NCBI GenBank assembly: GCA_033763415.1
Contig: JANRKP010000029.1
Location: 148,413-212,412, forward strand
Reading direction: 5' to 3'
Length of the DNA: 64,000 nt
Origin: Candidatus Melainabacteria bacterium
Lineage (GTDB): Bacteria; Cyanobacteriota; Vampirovibrionia; Vampirovibrionales; JAJTHC01
This document shows, in pieces, positions 60,518 to 64,000 of the stretch. The first letter of the stretch is position 1. Every line of letters begins with the position of its first letter. Both the position numbers and the translations under genes were made by a program. The notes beneath the pieces are model-generated. The model worked only from the letters and a program-made list of their open reading frames with translations. It did not search any database and was not told the origin of the DNA.

Positions 60518-60922
60518 GTGGACAATTACACTATTCCCGCAGAGGTTCGTTTAACCGAAACACACGAATACATCCGTGTGGAAGATGGTCGTGCGCTGAT
60601 TGGCATTTCTCACGTGGCTGCCGAGCGCCTGGGCGATATTGTGTACGTGGATCTGCCCGAAAATGGCCAAACCATTGAAAAAGGCGAAACTTTTGGCAGT
60701 GTCGAATCGGTCAAAGCCGCTTCTGACCTCTACATGCCAGTGAGTGGCGAAATTATTAGCATTAACACCCAGTTGGCCGACGAGCCCGACCTGATTAACC
60801 AAGATTGCTACGGCGATGGCTGGATGATTGAGGTGGAAATGAGCAACCCAGATGAACTCAACAGCTTGCTTACAGCAAAATCTTATATGGATTTTGTGGA
60901 AAACGCGGCTGAAAACAGCTAG
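60518..60922 (+). CDS. gcvH: glycine cleavage system H protein
   Basis: 'THEYIRVEDGRALIGISHVA' and the lipoyl-Lys context 'FGSVESVKAASDLYMPVSGEI'. Confidence 0.92.
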   Translation: MDNYTIPAEVRLTETHEYIRVEDGRALIGISHVAAERLGDIVYVDLPENGQTIEKGETFGSVESVKAASDLYMPVSGEIISINTQLADEPDLINQDCYGDGWMIEVEMSNPDELNSLLTAKSYMDFVENAAENS

Positions 60923-61107
60923 GGTGCTTTTGTGGCGTTGCTGACGCTCGCCCCATCCACCTCTCTCAACGTCAACCGTTGGCCAACGTTCTTGTTACTG
61001 GTTGCCAAGCCCTGTACTTTGCATTGAACACCTTGGGTTTTGCGTTGCACGCCCACGCACCTTGGAAAAATCCACGTAAAATTCTCTCGTTTTTCTCATA
61101 GAAAAAG

Positions 61108-61147
61108 CCCACCAACTGGTGTAAAGTGTAATTGTTGGAGGGTTTTT
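61108..61147 (+). terminator. possible terminator between gcvH and gcvPA
   Basis: cccaccaac-N17-gttggaggg has one internal mismatch, followed by ttttt. Confidence 0.35.
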
Positions 61148-61403
61148 GAACTTAGGCCATTGCAAACGGGTTTATGCTAGCCATTGGTTGAGCGTTGCTT
61201 TCACTCCGATGCAGATTCTTCAAACGCGCAATCGCGACTGGCTTAGTAACCTCCAGCCCGATACGGCATTTCCCTGCCGTCTGGTTTCTTCTGTTCGTTG
61301 GGTTTGTTAAACCACGGTTTCGTTCTGTTGGGTGGGCCAACACGCTGGGGCTGGCTCGCTGCGGTTAATTACCATGGTCCTCAGGGATGTTTCGAGGTGT
61401 TCT

Positions 61404-62939
61404 GTGTCTAACTTTTTACCCCACACTGCCGCCGATCGGCAGGCGATGTTAAAAGCCATTGGCGTGTCTGGCATTGATGCTTTGTTTGAGGATATTCCCG
61501 CCCAACTGAGAGGCCCCAAACATTACACGGCGCTACCTGCCGACGGCCTGAGCGAACTGGAAATACAAGATGCTCTCAAACAGCTCGCCACGGAAAACAA
61601 AGCCACGGAACTCGCCTGCTTTTTAGGCGGCGGCGCCTACGATCGCTTTATTCCGCAGGCGGTCAATACCATTGCCAGCCGTTCGGAGTTTGCCACCTCC
61701 TACACGCCCTATCAGCCAGAAATTAGCCAGGGCACGCTCCAGGTCATCTATGAGTTCCAATCGATGATGGCCAGCCTCACCGGCATGGATGTCGTCAACG
61801 CCTCCGTGTACGACGGGGCTTCGGCCGTGACGGAGGCCGCCCTAATGGCCGCAAGGCTGACCAAGCGAAACCACATTTGGGTCTCTCGCAACGTTCATCC
61901 AGATTATCGCCGGGTGCTAAGCACCTATGTGCAGGCCAACCAAAGCCTCTCGTTGCAAGAGTTTTCTGCCAACATCCAGCCAGAAGAGCTTCCCCGTTCA
62001 GAGAACAACCCCGCGTGCATTATCTTGCAGTGGCCAGGCTACCTCGGAACGCTTGAAGATCCAACCCCGTGGCAGGCCTACTGCGAACAACACCAAATTC
62101 TGTTGGTTGTCGTTGCCGATCCCGTCTCCTTGGGCGTGCTGGAACCCCCCGGGCAATACGGCGCATCCATTGTGGTGGGGGAACTCCAGCCTTTGGGTAA
62201 CCATTTGGCATACGGCGGCCCCTATTGCGGCTACATTGCAACGCGAAAGCAATATTTAAGACAACTTCCTGGACGGCTCGTTGGTAGAAGTGTCGATTCT
62301 CAGGGAAGGCCCTGCTTTACGCTAACGCTACAAACCCGAGAGCAACATATTCGGCGAGAAAAAGCCACCAGCAACATTTGTACCAACCAGGCGCTTAATC
62401 TGCTGAAAGCCACCGTGTATCTCTCCTTGCTCGGTCCGCAAGGTTTGGCCACCGTGGCCAGCGTGTCGGCCCAACGTTGCCACTATTTGGTGGAAAAACT
62501 CTGCCAGATAGAGGGCATTGCGCTGTTATTTCCAGACCAGCCTTTCCTGTTTGAAGCGGCCTTGAAACTAAGCCAGCCAACCGCTCTGTTTTTAAAAGCG
62601 CTGGAGCGCCAAGGCATACTGGGCGGCATTGAACTGGGCAAAGCCTACACGGAATACCCCAATGCGCTGTTAGTGACAACCACGGAGAAAACGCACCCCA
62701 ACCTCATTGAACGTTACATTCAGGTGGCCAAGGATTTTTTTAACCCTGCCACCGCCGTCTCTCCGCCCCAAGCTTTGGATGAGGAGGAATGGGCTCGCCC
62801 GAGTGCAGACCCCTTTGCCTACGCAGAGAAGATAAGCGCTACCGGCAGCGGTAGTCTCCATCATCGTAATTGCGTGATAGTACCGGCGGGTAACAGCAAC
62901 GCACCAGCCACCAGCGGGGAAGGAGTTAGCGCCCGATGA
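61404..62939 (+). CDS. gcvPA: glycine dehydrogenase (decarboxylating) subunit 1
   Basis: 'PHTAADRQAMLKAIGV...FLGGGAYDRFIPQAV...YTPYQPEISQG'. The probable GTG start at 61404 is preceded by GAGGTG, and the track ORF starts at 61332. There is a roughly 70-aa C-terminal extension beyond typical GcvPA. Confidence 0.85.
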   Translation: MSNFLPHTAADRQAMLKAIGVSGIDALFEDIPAQLRGPKHYTALPADGLSELEIQDALKQLATENKATELACFLGGGAYDRFIPQAVNTIASRSEFATSYTPYQPEISQGTLQVIYEFQSMMASLTGMDVVNASVYDGASAVTEAALMAARLTKRNHIWVSRNVHPDYRRVLSTYVQANQSLSLQEFSANIQPEELPRSENNPACIILQWPGYLGTLEDPTPWQAYCEQHQILLVVVADPVSLGVLEPPGQYGASIVVGELQPLGNHLAYGGPYCGYIATRKQYLRQLPGRLVGRSVDSQGRPCFTLTLQTREQHIRREKATSNICTNQALNLLKATVYLSLLGPQGLATVASVSAQRCHYLVEKLCQIEGIALLFPDQPFLFEAALKLSQPTALFLKALERQGILGGIELGKAYTEYPNALLVTTTEKTHPNLIERYIQVAKDFFNPATAVSPPQALDEEEWARPSADPFAYAEKISATGSGSLHHRNCVIVPAGNSNAPATSGEGVSAR

Positions 62940-64000
62940 GCACAGCACACAGCCTATTGGAACCCTTGATTTTTGAAGCCTCCAGCCCCGGCCACCAAGG
63001 GGTGAGCCTTCCGGCCAGTGGGGTTCCCGAACGCCCTTTGCAAGCGCTACTGCCCCAGGCTTGGCTGAGAAAAAAACCGGCCCAACTGCCAGAAGTCTCT
63101 CAGCTAGAAACCGTACGCCATTTCACCCGTCTATCTCAGCTAAACCACTGTATTGATACGGGCTTTTATCCGCTGGGCTCCTGCACCATGAAGTACAACC
63201 CCAAGGTGTGCGACACCTACAACCAGCTAGAAGGCTTTACCGCACTCCACCCGATGGCGCCAGAACATCTCTGCCAAGGAACCCTTGGGTTAATGTATCG
63301 GCTACAGCATTGCCTGATGGACATTACCGGCTTTGATGCCGTTACCCTACAGCCTGCCGCAGGCGCTCAGGGTGAACTGGTTGGTATGATGATGGTCCAA
63401 AGCTACTTTCGGCAAAAAAACGACACTGCCCGCACCGAGGTGATCATTCCAGACTCGGCCCACGGAACCAATCCGGCTTCGGCAGGCATGTGCGGCTTTG
63501 ATGTCAAAGAGTTGCGCAGTGACCCCAAAACAGGCCGCGTCGACTTGGAAAAACTGGCCAAGCTGCTCTCTCACAAAACGGCAGCCCTGATGTTAACCAA
63601 CCCTAGCACGCTAGGGCTGTTTGAATCCGACATTTTAACCATTAGCCAACTGGTGCACGATGCGGGGGGGCTCATGTACTATGACGGCGCCAACCTGAAC
63701 GCCGTCATGGGCCAGGCCAGACCTGCCGATATGGGCTTTGATGTCATGCACATTAATACGCACAAAACCTTTGCCACACCCCACGGCGGGGGCGGCCCCG
63801 GCAGCGGACCGGTTGCAGTCAACCGGCGTCTGGAAGCGTTTTTGCCAAGCCCCATCGTTACTTTTGACGGCATTCGTTATGGCCTCGACTGGGATCGTCC
63901 CCATAGTATTGGCCAGGTAAAGGCCTTTTATGGCAACGTAGAGATGATGGTTCGCGCCTACGCGTACATTTTGGCCCACGGTGCAAGCGGGTTGGCCCAG
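62936..64000 (+). CDS. gcvPB: glycine dehydrogenase (decarboxylating) subunit 2, 3'-truncated by window end
   Basis: The ATG overlaps the gcvPA TGA (ATGA at 62936..62939). The translation MSTAHSLLEPLIFEASSPGHQGVSLP...GFYPLGSCTMKYNPK... matches the GcvPB N-terminus. No stop occurs before 64000, which is why it is absent from the ORF track. Confidence 0.88.
   Translation, partial: MSTAHSLLEPLIFEASSPGHQGVSLPASGVPERPLQALLPQAWLRKKPAQLPEVSQLETVRHFTRLSQLNHCIDTGFYPLGSCTMKYNPKVCDTYNQLEGFTALHPMAPEHLCQGTLGLMYRLQHCLMDITGFDAVTLQPAAGAQGELVGMMMVQSYFRQKNDTARTEVIIPDSAHGTNPASAGMCGFDVKELRSDPKTGRVDLEKLAKLLSHKTAALMLTNPSTLGLFESDILTISQLVHDAGGLMYYDGANLNAVMGQARPADMGFDVMHINTHKTFATPHGGGGPGSGPVAVNRRLEAFLPSPIVTFDGIRYGLDWDRPHSIGQVKAFYGNVEMMVRAYAYILAHGASGLAQ

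Overview
The window looks like a chromosomal segment from a GC-rich bacterium (about 58-60% GC). Housekeeping genes are interleaved with envelope-machinery and regulatory loci. Phylum is not determinable from sequence alone. All coordinates are hand-counted and may be off by a few nt.

Confident housekeeping calls are metK, hemA, hemC, groES-groEL, def, metF, rpsR, aroQ, prfB, pth, a tlyA-like methyltransferase, and a glycine-cleavage operon gcvT-gcvH-gcvPA-gcvPB with a split P protein, where gcvPB runs off the window end. One tRNA-Leu(UAG) lies on the minus strand.

Notable loci:
- A T2SS-like / type IV pilus block on the minus strand: GspC/PilP-like protein, secretin, GspE/PilB ATPase, GspF/PilC platform.
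- An isolated flagellar-type export-gate block fliR-flhB-[unknown 277 aa]-[PhzF-family]-flhA, with no fliP or fliQ in the window.
- A sigma-28 (FliA) gene heading an operon with two unknown proteins, a PAS histidine kinase and a REC::RsbW/SpoIIAB-like anti-sigma-kinase fusion.
- A translationally coupled MoxR-DUF58-vWA (Bat-like) operon.
- A CHASE2-GGDEF cyclase.
- Two tandem paralogous HTH-WYL regulators.
- A low-GC islet carrying a NYN-domain gene.
- Two tandem M16 peptidase-family genes.
- Peptide-type ABC permeases and a MalK-like ABC ATPase.
- A PhoB/PhoR-like two-component pair.

prfB carries the canonical programmed +1 frameshift site (AGGGGG-TTT-CTT-TGA-C), which the ORF track misses. 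A strong sigma-28 promoter match sits upstream of a small membrane ORF just before gcvT. No CRISPR arrays, rRNA or obvious transposases are visible.
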